From Candidatus Uhrbacteria bacterium (GTDB lineage: Bacteria; Patescibacteriota; Patescibacteriia; GWA2-47-26): a stretch of 64,000 bases of DNA. The stretch is from contig JACPJN010000009.1 in NCBI GenBank assembly GCA_016187515.1, positions 4,891-68,890 on the forward strand. Direction: 5' to 3'. A program made the position numbers and the translations under genes. Shown here in pieces: positions 8,717 to 18,705 of this stretch (the first letter of the stretch is position 1; the number at the start of each line of letters is the position of its first letter). The notes beneath the pieces are model-generated. The model was not told the DNA's origin, searched no databases, and was given only the letters and a program-made list of their open reading frames with translations.

Positions 8717-11392
8717 ATGGCTTTCCAAAACTTTACTACCAAATCCCAAGAAGCGCTGCAGCGCGCCCAGCGGTTGGTTGGGGATTACAACCATCCCCAC
8801 ATGGAGCCGCTGCATTTAATGTTGAGTTTGATTGAGCAGGATGACGGCATTGTGATGTCGGTTTTTAAAAAAATCGGCGTGGATATTTCGGGTTTGGAGC
8901 GCGATGTCAAAGCGCTTTTGCAGCGCATTCCGCAGGCGTATAGTTCATCGAACGTCGCGCAAATGTATTTGACCCAAGAGATGATGAGGGTGCTGCACCA
9001 GGCCGAACAAGAAGCCGGCCGCCTGCATGACGAATATATTTCCACCGAGCATCTTTTACTGGCTCTGCTTACAGTGCGCAGCCGCGTGGCAGAACTGTTA
9101 CGGCATCACGGAACTTCCTACGATACTGTTCTGCAAGTGCTCGCGACCGTGCGCGGCGCCCAGCGCGTCGTTGACGCTGAACCCGAGACAAAATACCAGG
9201 CGCTGGAGCGTTACGGGCACAACCTTACCAAACTCGCGCGCCAGGAAAAATTGGATCCGATCATTGGGCGCGATGACGAAATCCGCCGCGTGATTCAGGT
9301 CCTGGCCCGCCGCACAAAAAATAATCCGGTGCTGATCGGCGAGGCCGGCGTTGGAAAAACCGCGATTGTGGAGGGACTGGCCCAGCGGATTATTGCCGGA
9401 GATGTGCCGGAAAGTTTAAAGGACAAAGAAATTATCGGCCTGGATCTGGGCGCGCTGGTCGCCGGCACTAAATTTCGCGGCGAATTTGAAGAGCGTTTGA
9501 AAGCGGTGCTTAAAGAAATGGAGCAGGCCGCCGGGCGCGTCATCCTGTTTATTGATGAACTGCATACGCTCGTGGGCGCCGGGGCGGCCGAAGGCGCGAT
9601 TGACGCGGCCAATATGCTAAAACCGGCCCTCGCCCGCGGAGATCTGCACGCCATCGGCGCCACGACTTTGAAAGAATATCAGCGCTATATTGAGCATGAT
9701 CCGGCCCTGGAGCGCCGTTTCCAAAACGTACTGGTTAGTGAACCCTCCATTGAAGATACGATTGCCATTTTGCGCGGAATTAAGGAAAAGTATGAAATCC
9801 ATCATGGCGTGCGCGTTACCGACGCGTCGCTCGTGGCCGCGGCCAATCTTTCTTCGCGCTATATTACGGATCGGCATCTGCCGGATAAGGCCGTAGATCT
9901 GATTGACGAGGCCGCCTCGGCCTTGCGTCTGGAGATTGACAGCCAGCCCGAGGAGCTTGATAAATTAAAGCGTGAAACCATCCGCCTGGAAATCGAACGC
10001 CGCGCTTTGCAAACCGAAAAAGACCGCGACTCCAAGGATCGGCTGAAAATTTTGGAGAAAACGCTGGCCGAAGTAAAAGAGAAATCCACGGAATTGGAGC
10101 TGCGCTGGAATACCGAAAAAGAGCGCATCGCGGCGATTCGAAAATTACGCAAGACCATTGAAAAAACCCGCGCCGAGAGCGATATTTCCGAGCGCGGCGG
10201 CGATCTTCAAAAAGTGGCGGAATTGCGCTATGGGAAAATCCCGGAATTGGAAAAACAGCTGCGGGATGAGGAAAAACGGCTTGGCGAACTCCAGCGCAAG
10301 CATCGCATTCTGAAAGAGGAGGTTACCGAAGGCGACATCGCCGGAGTCGTGGCACGCTGGACCGGCATTCCGGTGATGCGCTTGCTCGAATCCGAGGCGG
10401 AGAAACTTTTGCGGATGGAGGATGAGCTGGTCAAACGGGTAGTTGGGCAAAGCGAGGCCATCACGGCGGTCGCCAACGCCGTGCGCCGCAATCGCGTCGG
10501 AATTGGCGCCGCGGACCGGCCGATTGGTTCATTCATTTTTATGGGGCCAACCGGCGTGGGCAAAACCGAACTGGCCAAGGCGCTCGGCGAATTTATGTTT
10601 AACTCCGAGGCCGCGCTCGTCCGTTTGGATATGTCGGAATACGGCGAGCGGCACGCGGTTGCCCGCATGATCGGCGCTCCTCCGGGTTATGTTGGCTACG
10701 AGGAAGGCGGCCAGCTTACGGAATTGGTTCGCCGCCGTCCTTACTGCGTCATTCTGTTGGATGAAATTGAAAAGGCGCATCCGGAAGTTTTTAATTCCCT
10801 GCTGCAAATTCTTGATGACGGCCGGCTTACGGACGGCAAGGGCCGCGTGGTTAATTTTAAAAACGCGATTATTATCATGACCTCCAATATCGGATCGGCG
10901 GAAATTTTATCGCTGGCGAACCGCGGTACCTTGGGGTTTTCCGCCGAAACCGAGCAAAAAACGACCGCCGAGCGGTTTGACGAGAAACTGCGCAAAATGC
11001 TCCATGACCGCTTTAAGCCGGAATTTTTAAATCGGATTGACGACATCGTGGTCTTTCATACCCTAAAAAAAGAGCACATCGAACAAATCATTGACCTGCA
11101 GCTGGCCGCAATCGGCGCGCGCCTTCGCGAAAAACGCATTAAGGTGGAGCTTACGCCGGAAGCCCGCGAACTTTTTGCCGAGCTCGGCTACAACGCCGCT
11201 TTTGGCGCGCGTCCGCTAAAACGGCTGATCACGGATAAAATTCTTAACGTGCTGGCGCTCGAACTCATCCGGGGCCGTTTCAAAGAAGGCGAGCGCATCA
11301 AAGTGGGGGTACAGGGCAGTGAATTTATTCTGGAGCGGGCGGAAAACGCGCGCCGCTCGCCAGTGGCAGTCGCTTCAGTTTCGCGCAGTTAA
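8717..11392 (+). CDS. clpB: Chaperone ClpB (AAA+ disaggregase; two NBDs plus coiled-coil M domain)
   Basis: Walker [10 protein letters not shown] and GPTGVGKTE, Clp N-domain, long coiled-coil middle domain. An alternative GTG start at 8687 would add [10 protein letters not shown] from a repeat remnant. Confidence 0.9.
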   Translation: MAFQNFTTKSQEALQRAQRLVGDYNHPHMEPLHLMLSLIEQDDGIVMSVFKKIGVDISGLERDVKALLQRIPQAYSSSNVAQMYLTQEMMRVLHQAEQEAGRLHDEYISTEHLLLALLTVRSRVAELLRHHGTSYDTVLQVLATVRGAQRVVDAEPETKYQALERYGHNLTKLARQEKLDPIIGRDDEIRRVIQVLARRTKNNPVLIGEAGVGKTAIVEGLAQRIIAGDVPESLKDKEIIGLDLGALVAGTKFRGEFEERLKAVLKEMEQAAGRVILFIDELHTLVGAGAAEGAIDAANMLKPALARGDLHAIGATTLKEYQRYIEHDPALERRFQNVLVSEPSIEDTIAILRGIKEKYEIHHGVRVTDASLVAAANLSSRYITDRHLPDKAVDLIDEAASALRLEIDSQPEELDKLKRETIRLEIERRALQTEKDRDSKDRLKILEKTLAEVKEKSTELELRWNTEKERIAAIRKLRKTIEKTRAESDISERGGDLQKVAELRYGKIPELEKQLRDEEKRLGELQRKHRILKEEVTEGDIAGVVARWTGIPVMRLLESEAEKLLRMEDELVKRVVGQSEAITAVANAVRRNRVGIGAADRPIGSFIFMGPTGVGKTELAKALGEFMFNSEAALVRLDMSEYGERHAVARMIGAPPGYVGYEEGGQLTELVRRRPYCVILLDEIEKAHPEVFNSLLQILDDGRLTDGKGRVVNFKNAIIIMTSNIGSAEILSLANRGTLGFSAETEQKTTAERFDEKLRKMLHDRFKPEFLNRIDDIVVFHTLKKEHIEQIIDLQLAAIGARLREKRIKVELTPEARELFAELGYNAAFGARPLKRLITDKILNVLALELIRGRFKEGERIKVGVQGSEFILERAENARRSPVAVASVSRS

Positions 11393-11423
11393 ATATAATT
11401 TACTGATCAGAGCATCTTGCAAT

Positions 11424-12215
11424 ATGATTGTCTTTAGCGCGATCGTGCCCCACTCCCCGCTGTTACTTCCCGTCATTGGAAAAGAGCGTCAGAAAAAACT
11501 CAAAAAAACCCTGGCCGCCTACGCGGCGGTTGAGCAGGAATTGTACGCCGCGAAGCCGGAGTGTTTGGTAATTTTTACGCCGCACGGGGGAACCTTGCCG
11601 GACGCGCTGCCGCTTTTTATTTCGCCGAAGTACACGGCCAATCTGAAAGAATTCGGCGATTTTAAAACCACCGTGGAAATTCCCGCCAATCCGCGCTTAA
11701 TCGAGGCCCTGCGGCGGCTTAAATACGGAAAACCCGCGGTCCCGCTGCAAGGAGTTACCGAGGAATTTATTGACTACGGGGTAAGCGTTCCGCTATATTT
11801 TCTTGTGCCGCACTTGCCAGGAGCCACCGCCGTAGCGATTGGTGACTCCCATCTGTCGGTTAAGGCGCATGCCGCCGCGGGCGCCTACATTGGCGATGAG
11901 CTGCATCGCTCTTCCCAGCGCGTCGCGGTAATTGCTTCGGCCGACCTTTCGCAGGCGCTCACCGACGACGCGCCGGGCGGATTTTCTCCAGAAGGCAAAC
12001 TCTTTGACGAAGCAGTGGTACAGGCCCTGCGCAAGGGTTCGCTTAATAAAATTCTTACGCTGGAATCAAAAATGGAAGCGGCCAAGGCCTGCGGACTGCG
12101 GGTCATCGCCCTGCTGGTTGGCATGCTAAGGGAATTTAATTGCACCCCCGAACTTTTGGCCTACGAAGGGCCGTTTGGAGTTGGTTATCTAACGGCCAAG
12201 TTTAATTTTCGATAG
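11424..12215 (+). CDS. LigB-type class III extradiol dioxygenase / MEMO1-like family protein
   Basis: N-terminal IVPHSPLL (H-x-P), DYGVSVPL and ASADLSQAL motifs resemble the PF02900 family. The track ORF at 11319 overlaps the clpB end, so the start is trimmed to the MIVFSAIV Met. Confidence 0.45.
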   Translation: MIVFSAIVPHSPLLLPVIGKERQKKLKKTLAAYAAVEQELYAAKPECLVIFTPHGGTLPDALPLFISPKYTANLKEFGDFKTTVEIPANPRLIEALRRLKYGKPAVPLQGVTEEFIDYGVSVPLYFLVPHLPGATAVAIGDSHLSVKAHAAAGAYIGDELHRSSQRVAVIASADLSQALTDDAPGGFSPEGKLFDEAVVQALRKGSLNKILTLESKMEAAKACGLRVIALLVGMLREFNCTPELLAYEGPFGVGYLTAKFNFR

Positions 12216-12276
12216 AGAAACGTTTCCTCCCCTGCCCGAGGGGGAGTTAGAGGGGGTGGGAGGGAGGGGTGGGAGT

Positions 12277-12552
12277 ATGGAAGGCCTTAAAAATCTTATC
12301 AAAGGGCGCGTGAAAATCCGCAACAAGCATATCCATTCCGAGGCGCATTACTGGGCGGATGTGATTTCCAGCGCTCTGCATGAACGCAAACGTTTTGCCA
12401 TGTATCTTGGAATTATTAAAAAAATCGGCATTAAAAACGCGCAGAAAATTTTCGCCGAGGTAAAACAATCCGCCGCGAAAAATCCGGGTAAACTTTTTGT
12501 GTGGAAAGCCGGAAAAAATAATCCGCCGACTAAGTCCCCTCCCTTAAGATAA
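12277..12552 (+). CDS. Hypothetical small basic protein bracketed by two palindromic repeats
   Basis: ORF lies between repeat copies at 12224-12274 and 12534-12573. Its C-terminus (KSPPLR) is read from the repeat. No recognisable domain. Confidence 0.25.
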   Translation: MEGLKNLIKGRVKIRNKHIHSEAHYWADVISSALHERKRFAMYLGIIKKIGIKNAQKIFAEVKQSAAKNPGKLFVWKAGKNNPPTKSPPLR

Positions 12553-12577
12553 GGGAGGGGAGGGTGGGTTATGAACT

Positions 12578-13042
12578 ATGCCTAAACTACTTCCTATCCT
12601 CCACGAGCCTCATCCGATTTTGCGCCGACGCTCCGATGCTTTGGTTCTTTCGAGTTGGGATAAAAAGGAACTGCAAGCCCTGGCCGCGGATATGGTGCTA
12701 ACCATGAAAAAGGCGCCCGGGGTGGGGCTGGCTGCGCCGCAGATTGGCAAATCAATTCGGCTGATTGTGGTGGAACGCACCCCGGAGCCGCTGGTGCTTA
12801 TCAATCCGAAAATCGTAGGGCATTCACTGCGTAAGCAAACTCTTGAAGAGGGTTGTCTTTCAGTCCCGGGAAAATACGGACTAATTAAACGCTGGCGTGA
12901 GGTAAAAGTCCGCGCGCAAACCTTGGATGGCCAGTCGTTTGAAATCAAGGCCCAGGGTTTTCTGGCCCAGATCTTCCAGCACGAGATCGATCACCTCCAC
13001 GGCACGCTCTATATTGATAAGGCGACAAAATTATTGCAGTAA
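12578..13042 (+). CDS. def: Peptide deformylase
   Basis: The three PDF motifs GVGLAAPQIG, EGCLSVPG and QHEIDHLHG are present. Confidence 0.9.
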   Translation: MPKLLPILHEPHPILRRRSDALVLSSWDKKELQALAADMVLTMKKAPGVGLAAPQIGKSIRLIVVERTPEPLVLINPKIVGHSLRKQTLEEGCLSVPGKYGLIKRWREVKVRAQTLDGQSFEIKAQGFLAQIFQHEIDHLHGTLYIDKATKLLQ

Positions 13043-13080
13043 AGCAAGTAAATCAGGTAAATCAAGCAGATTGATAAGCT

Positions 13081-14025
13081 ATGCATCAGCGTCTTGTATT
13101 TTTCGGCACGCCGGAGTTTGCGGTGCCGACGCTCACTGCACTGGATGATGCGGGTTTTGAAATTGCGGCCGTGGTAACCCAGCCGGATAAACCGGTGGGG
13201 CGCGGTTTAAGGGTGGAAACGCCGCCGGTGAAGGTAAAGGCGGAGGAGTTGGGGCTGACCGTGTTGCAGCCGCTGTCACTAGGAAACGCCGCGACGTCTC
13301 TTAGTGACGAATTGCGTGCTGACTTCGGTGTTGTGGTTGCCTATGGCAAAATCATTCCGAAGGACGTGCTTAATGTGTTCCCTCGCGGCATACTCAATGT
13401 TCATCCCTCGCGTCTTCCCAAATACCGCGGACCATCCCCTATCCAAGCGGCTATTCTCAATGGCGATCGTGAAACCGGAGTAACCATTATGCTCTTGGAC
13501 GAGGGCATGGATCATGGGGCGATTTTGGCGCAAGCCAAAATCGCCATTACACCGAAAGCCACTGGAAATTCACTGAATGAAACACTGGCACAAACCGGAG
13601 CGAAGTTGCTGGTAGAGACATTGCCTAAATATCTGGCAGGTGAGATTAAACCGCAGGAGCAGGATCACGCCCAAGCCACTTACACGAAAATACTCACTCG
13701 TGAGGATGGCCATATTGATTGGAACAAACCCGCGCAGTACATTGAACGGCAAGTGCGCGCTTATGACGCCTGGCCCGGAACTTGGACATTATGGGAGCGG
13801 CGGCGCTTGAAAATTTTACGTGCCGTTTTACGGCACAATACTATCGGGTGTGCCGCAAATCGCGCGCCGGGATATGTGTGGAAGCCGGAAGATAGGCGGC
13901 TTGCGGTCAACTGCGGCGCTGGCTCACTTATTCTTGAGCAACTTCAAATTGAAGGCAAAAAACCTATGTCGGCCGATGAATTTCTCCGCGGCTATCCCAA
14001 ATTCCTCGGCGGCATTTTGAGGTAG
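13081..14025 (+). CDS. fmt: Methionyl-tRNA formyltransferase
   Basis: N-terminal formyltransferase fold (VFFGTPEFAVPTL...HPSRLPKYRGPSPIQAAILNGD) and C-terminal Fmt domain. Operon partner of def. Confidence 0.85.
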   Translation: MHQRLVFFGTPEFAVPTLTALDDAGFEIAAVVTQPDKPVGRGLRVETPPVKVKAEELGLTVLQPLSLGNAATSLSDELRADFGVVVAYGKIIPKDVLNVFPRGILNVHPSRLPKYRGPSPIQAAILNGDRETGVTIMLLDEGMDHGAILAQAKIAITPKATGNSLNETLAQTGAKLLVETLPKYLAGEIKPQEQDHAQATYTKILTREDGHIDWNKPAQYIERQVRAYDAWPGTWTLWERRRLKILRAVLRHNTIGCAANRAPGYVWKPEDRRLAVNCGAGSLILEQLQIEGKKPMSADEFLRGYPKFLGGILR

Positions 14026-14096
14026 AAAATATTATTTCCAGATTGAAAAATAAAAAGCGGGCCGGAATGTCCAGCCCGTTGGGTAATACCCGCGTG

Positions 14097-15059
14097 TTAG
14101 CGTCTGCGCTCTGCTCTTTGTATGCGTCCGGGGTGATAGAAGTCGCGAAGTTCGCGCGCCATGCGGCCTTCATGCGCGACCCATGAACCCCCGATGCGCA
14201 GCGGATCGTCAGGCGCGCGAATTGCCTCGCCCGGATCACGGGGCTTGCGCTCCTGCTCTGCGTGTGCGCGGTAACTCACCCCCTGCCCCTCTTCCAGTTT
14301 TGCGATTTCGGAGTCAATCACAAACTCACGGATGTTGGCGTTGACAACTACAATACCCAGTCCTTGACTGACAAAATAATCCACCCGGGTGCCGGCCGGC
14401 AGATCCGCGAGACGCGCCCGTATGGTTCGCGGCACCGGTTTGGGACTGCGATTGCGAATCACAAACGCAAAGTGCTTCGCAACACTGCGCACTACCCCGC
14501 CACTGGCCTGATGCTGAATTATCCGCTCAAACGGATCAAACAATCCCCACTCGGTAAGCGCCTGGTATATATCCACTACGGTTGCGCGATTAAGCCAATC
14601 GTCCAGTGGCCTCAAGGGATCGCCCACGCCATGAATACCATAGCGGAACGAGGATGATCGACCGGCCGAATTGTTTCTCGCGCGCGGTATTCCTCGGGTT
14701 GACGGTTGCTTCCGCGGCGGCGGCGCCTGCGTGAAGTATTTTGCCAAGGCACACCCCCGCAGATCGCCGTCCACAAACACAAACCCAATACCCTCGGAAA
14801 CGTAGAAGTTCACTGCTGCGCTTACCGGCACGTTTCCCGCCATACGGAGCACCGCCGGGGTAACGCTGCGTTCCACGCGTCTTTGAAGCGCGTGGAAAAA
14901 GAAACGCTCTGGTCTGCGCGGTACGCCGTCGGTACCCCGCCGGGACAGTGCGTCAACAAATGCCTGAAATGCTCCGCATGCACGCGCCTCATCCAAAATA
15001 GAGGGATCTTGTTTTTGGACGCGCGCGTCAAACTGTTCAATCTTACGGGCGGTATCCAT
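14097..15059 (-). CDS. Hypothetical protein with two internally repeated domains (moderately GC-rich)
   Basis: Repeated segments NFYVSEGIGFVFVDGDLRG and DYFVSQGLGIVVVNANIREFVID. GGAGGAG RBS 5 nt upstream of the ATG. TTGACA-N17-CAATAT promoter at 15150-15176 (minus). No family assigned. Confidence 0.4.
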   Translation of the reverse strand: MDTARKIEQFDARVQKQDPSILDEARACGAFQAFVDALSRRGTDGVPRRPERFFFHALQRRVERSVTPAVLRMAGNVPVSAAVNFYVSEGIGFVFVDGDLRGCALAKYFTQAPPPRKQPSTRGIPRARNNSAGRSSSFRYGIHGVGDPLRPLDDWLNRATVVDIYQALTEWGLFDPFERIIQHQASGGVVRSVAKHFAFVIRNRSPKPVPRTIRARLADLPAGTRVDYFVSQGLGIVVVNANIREFVIDSEIAKLEEGQGVSYRAHAEQERKPRDPGEAIRAPDDPLRIGGSWVAHEGRMARELRDFYHPGRIQRAERRR

Positions 15060-15180
15060 TGTTCTCCTCCGTTGCGATTAGAGCGCAAACGCGCAAGGCA
15101 GCAATTCGCCGAGTGCTGCGTATCTCCATTTGGTCCTCCCCGCCTCTATATTGGCACATCGTATTACCTTTGTCAAATAC

Positions 15181-15215
15181 AAAACTCCCCCGCATAACTG
15201 CGGGGGAGTTTTTGG
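15181..15215. terminator. Bidirectional intrinsic terminator (9-bp GC stem CTCCCCCGC/GCGGGGGAG, A-run and T-run flanks)
   Basis: AAAACTCCCCCGCATAACTGCGGGGGAGTTTTT. Terminates the minus-strand zinc-ribbon gene and any plus-strand read-through. Confidence 0.6.
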
Positions 15216-15233
15216 AAAACGCGTGGTTCTATA

Positions 15234-15437
15234 TTAGAACCGATCGCGTTTGAAGTTGCGGCGCCGGGCCTTGTTGCAGTCAAAGCAGTAGACCGGGCGA
15301 TCAGCCGAGGGCTGAAACGGAAGCTCGGTTATGGGGTTCCCGCATTGCGCGCAGGTCAGCCCCATTTGCGAGACATCGTACATCTGCCGCTGCGGACGGG
15401 CGCCGAACTGTCCTTGTCCTTGTGGATCGTATGCCAT
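15234..15437 (-). CDS. Small zinc-ribbon protein (CxxC...CxDC)
   Basis: CAQCGNPITELPFQPSADRPVYCFDCNK four-cysteine ribbon. Flanked by the palindrome GGTTCTATATTAGAACC (15217-15233) and a related TAATATATTAGAACG (15460-15477). Confidence 0.4.
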   Translation of the reverse strand: MAYDPQGQGQFGARPQRQMYDVSQMGLTCAQCGNPITELPFQPSADRPVYCFDCNKARRRNFKRDRF

Positions 15438-15687
15438 AAGATCGAGAATTGGGTTTCCTTAATATATTAGAACGACCTTTATCGGTGGCCTCGTTGACTT
15501 TGATTCGCTGTTTGCGGATAGACCGATAAAGCTCGAACTTTAGGTCTCGATAACCACGTTTTTCCAGTATATCATAGATTAATCAACCTGTCAAGGGTCT
15601 CTGGTGCGAAAGTGGCTATAGGGACTGTTGCGCAGTGCCATTTCTACTGCAAGGTAAGAATTTCGGCTGCGCCTTTGCAAAAATTAC

Positions 15688-18600
15688 TCAACAGATACTC
15701 CGTATATGCTTCATAATTTTTGCTTCGGCTCGCTCGAAATTCTTACCTTTCGCTACGAAAGAGGAGTCGCGCTGGATGGTATCCACAATGTTATCAATTG
15801 TCGCGGTGTACTCCGCGCGTAATTTTGCGCACTGCTCCGCGCTGGCCAAAAACGGTTCGGAAAATAAATCAGCGTCCAAATACCAGTAGGCCCCGCTCTC
15901 CACTTTTGCCTTAAGAAATTCCTGCGCGGCAATCTGATAGATAATCAATTGGTCGCGGTCAACCTTTTCCAGCTTTTTGGGAGTTGTCGCGCCGGTCTTA
16001 TAGTCAATGATGGCAACGCCCTCACCCTGCCCTCCCCGGGGCCTGCGCTCGCTCGGCCCGTCTTCGACCCCCGCGGGAGAGGGGTTGGGGTGAGGGGCAT
16101 CAATCCGATCAATTTTTCCCACAAATTTATACGGCCCCATGGCAATTTTGAACGGGGCCTCCAGATGCGCCGGGCTTCGCGGATTCTTTATAAAGTGGTC
16201 GTAAAAATTCTTAAGCTGGGCCGGGCCTTTAACTTCCCGATACTCTTGCTTTTGGGAGGCCGTGTCATACCAATCGTCAATCCAAACGCGATCATAGATT
16301 GATTTAAGTTCATCAAAAGTGGGCAGCTGACGTTCGCCACGGAGTGGCGAAATTACCCCGAACAAATCCCCTTGCTCCATGCGCACGCGCTGCTGCCAAA
16401 TCTTTAGAAATTCCTCCAGCGTCTTATGAATGGTATTCCCAAAACTCAAATAAGGACTTCCGGGGGCGGGCAGTTTAATCAGATACCTAAATTTATACTC
16501 CAGCGGACACTTTCGAAAAGTGGATACGGCGGTAAATGAAAAACTGGTGGGCACTTCGTAACGCGCCGGTCCTGGACGGAGCGTGTTTAAAGTAGCAATC
16601 GACGCGACTGATCTTACGGACTTCTTTTTCTTTTCCTCCGCTCCATCCACCAAGCCAAGCTCGTAAAGAAATCGTGATGGCCGGCGGGTGGTTTTGCCCA
16701 AATAATCATGCGCGCGCGTCAAATAGACCTGCTCTTTGGCGCGCGTGAGCGCCACATAAAGCAGCCGGCGTTCCTCGGCCAAGTGCGCGTCGCCCTCCGG
16801 GAGCGTTTCCTTAATTAACGCGGCGGGCAACTCAATCGGATCCTTGCGCTCAATGCTGGGGAATCTTCGGTCAATCAGCTGGGGCAGAAATACAAAGCGC
16901 CATTCCAGGCCCTTGGCCGCGTGAATCGTGGTTAATTTTACCGTTTCCGGACCGGTGTCGTAGTCGGCCGGAAGCGTGCCTTCCTCGCCGGATTCCAGCT
17001 CGAGCGTCAGTTGCGCTAAAAACGCGTGGAGCAGGTGGTCGCCGGACTCTGCTTCAAATTTACGGATTTGGTCATAAAGCGCGGCAAGATACTGCGCGTC
17101 CCGAGCCAGGGCCGGATGAGCCAGCCGCTCTTCTATCCCCAGATCATGAATAACTTTAACATACACTTCCGCGGCGCTGCGCTCATGCATTTTTACAGTA
17201 TGCTCGGCAGTCAAGCGAAAAAGCCGTTCAATGCACCCGCGCGCGGACTCGCTTAATTCCAGCATTGCCGCGCGTTTAAGCGCATCGTAGAGCGAGATGG
17301 TTTTTTGGTGCGCGAAAGCGGTTAAGCGGACCAGATCATCATGCGGCATTTGAAACGCCTCACTGATCAGTACTTTATACAACGCGGAGGAATCGTGATG
17401 GCTATCCAGCCAAGTCAGGTAATTCAATACCTCCTGCACAATCCGCTCCAAGTACAGACCTTTGTTGGCTACGTATTGAAAGGGAATCCCGTGCGCTTTT
17501 AAGGCCGTGAGCAATGGCGGAGCCGACGAGTTGGCCCGCACTAAGATAGCAAAATCACTCCACAGCGCTTCGGATGACTTTTGAAGCGCCAGCATTTTTT
17601 TGGCAATCCCCGCGGCTTCGTCGTGCACGCTTGCATATTCCTGATAAACTACCAGACCATCGCCCGGCTGCGTGGAAACGAGTTTTTTGGAAAGCGCCGC
17701 TGTGCCTTTTGCGGTCGCCAGCTTAACTTCCAGCCGGTCGGGATTATTAAGCTGAATGAACTTATAAGCGCAATCCAGAATACCCTGCTTACTGCGGTAA
17801 TTTTCATTTAAAAACACCTCGGCGCATTCCGGATAATCGCGCTTAAAACCCAGAATATTAGACATTGATGCGCCGCGAAAAGCATAGATACTTTGGTCAT
17901 CGTCTCCGCACACGGTGAGATTGCTGTGTGGAGCTGATAAAAGTCGTGCCAATTCGTACTGCGCCCAGTTCGTGTCTTGAAATTCATCAACAAGCACGTA
18001 TTTAAAGCGCCGACGCAGTTCCGCAAGCGCCCGCGGCCGGGTCCGCACCAGTTTAAGCGTGTAGGCAATCAGATCGCCAAAATCAAAGGCGCCGTGATCA
18101 AGCAGGAGTTGATTATAAACATGATACGCTCCGGCAACCTCGAGCAGGCGTCGGGTCTCCTCTTGCGGATTTATCTCGGAATCAGTATTGAGCGCGGCCT
18201 CCTGCGCGTATCTAAGGTATGCGGCGGGCGGAATTTCCTCATCTTTGGCCCGTGAAAAATGCTGGAGGAGCGCGTGGATAAAACGAGTGGGATTTCCCAG
18301 CGGTTTGTAATAATCCAGCTCAAATCGCGCGAGATTATTGTAAACCATCAGCCATTGCTGCGCTACGGTATAGACGCTAAAGCGATTCGGCAATCCGATC
18401 TCCAGGCCATAATCCTTAAGGATCCGCTCTCCAAAAGCGTGAAAAGTGGAAATCCAAGTATTGACATAGCCAATCGGAAGCAAACGATCCACGCGCTCCT
18501 CCATCTCGGAGGCCGCTTTTTCGGTAAACGTGAGCGCGAGAATCTCTTCGGGCCGCGCCAGCCCCTGTTCAATCAGCCAAGCAATGCGTCGCGTAATCAC

Positions 18601-18702
18601 CGTGGTTTTACCGGTCCCGGCGCCGGCGACAATTAAAAGCGGCCCGTCTCCATGAGTTGCCGCGGCCCGCTGCGCGGAATTAAGATCACTTAACAAATCC
18701 AT
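15688..18702 (-). CDS. UvrD/PcrA-family SF1 helicase fused to a C-terminal PD-(D/E)XK RecB/Cas4-like nuclease domain
   Basis: Walker A AGAGTGKTT, helicase motifs, and the C-terminal IIDYKTG...QLIIYQIA nuclease motifs. An in-frame repeat insert (16018-16097) sits inside the nuclease domain. Confidence 0.8.
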   Translation of the reverse strand: MDLLSDLNSAQRAAATHGDGPLLIVAGAGTGKTTVITRRIAWLIEQGLARPEEILALTFTEKAASEMEERVDRLLPIGYVNTWISTFHAFGERILKDYGLEIGLPNRFSVYTVAQQWLMVYNNLARFELDYYKPLGNPTRFIHALLQHFSRAKDEEIPPAAYLRYAQEAALNTDSEINPQEETRRLLEVAGAYHVYNQLLLDHGAFDFGDLIAYTLKLVRTRPRALAELRRRFKYVLVDEFQDTNWAQYELARLLSAPHSNLTVCGDDDQSIYAFRGASMSNILGFKRDYPECAEVFLNENYRSKQGILDCAYKFIQLNNPDRLEVKLATAKGTAALSKKLVSTQPGDGLVVYQEYASVHDEAAGIAKKMLALQKSSEALWSDFAILVRANSSAPPLLTALKAHGIPFQYVANKGLYLERIVQEVLNYLTWLDSHHDSSALYKVLISEAFQMPHDDLVRLTAFAHQKTISLYDALKRAAMLELSESARGCIERLFRLTAEHTVKMHERSAAEVYVKVIHDLGIEERLAHPALARDAQYLAALYDQIRKFEAESGDHLLHAFLAQLTLELESGEEGTLPADYDTGPETVKLTTIHAAKGLEWRFVFLPQLIDRRFPSIERKDPIELPAALIKETLPEGDAHLAEERRLLYVALTRAKEQVYLTRAHDYLGKTTRRPSRFLYELGLVDGAEEKKKKSVRSVASIATLNTLRPGPARYEVPTSFSFTAVSTFRKCPLEYKFRYLIKLPAPGSPYLSFGNTIHKTLEEFLKIWQQRVRMEQGDLFGVISPLRGERQLPTFDELKSIYDRVWIDDWYDTASQKQEYREVKGPAQLKNFYDHFIKNPRSPAHLEAPFKIAMGPYKFVGKIDRIDAPHPNPSPAGVEDGPSERRPRGGQGEGVAIIDYKTGATTPKKLEKVDRDQLIIYQIAAQEFLKAKVESGAYWYLDADLFSEPFLASAEQCAKLRAEYTATIDNIVDTIQRDSSFVAKGKNFERAEAKIMKHIRSIC

Positions 18703-18705
18703 AGA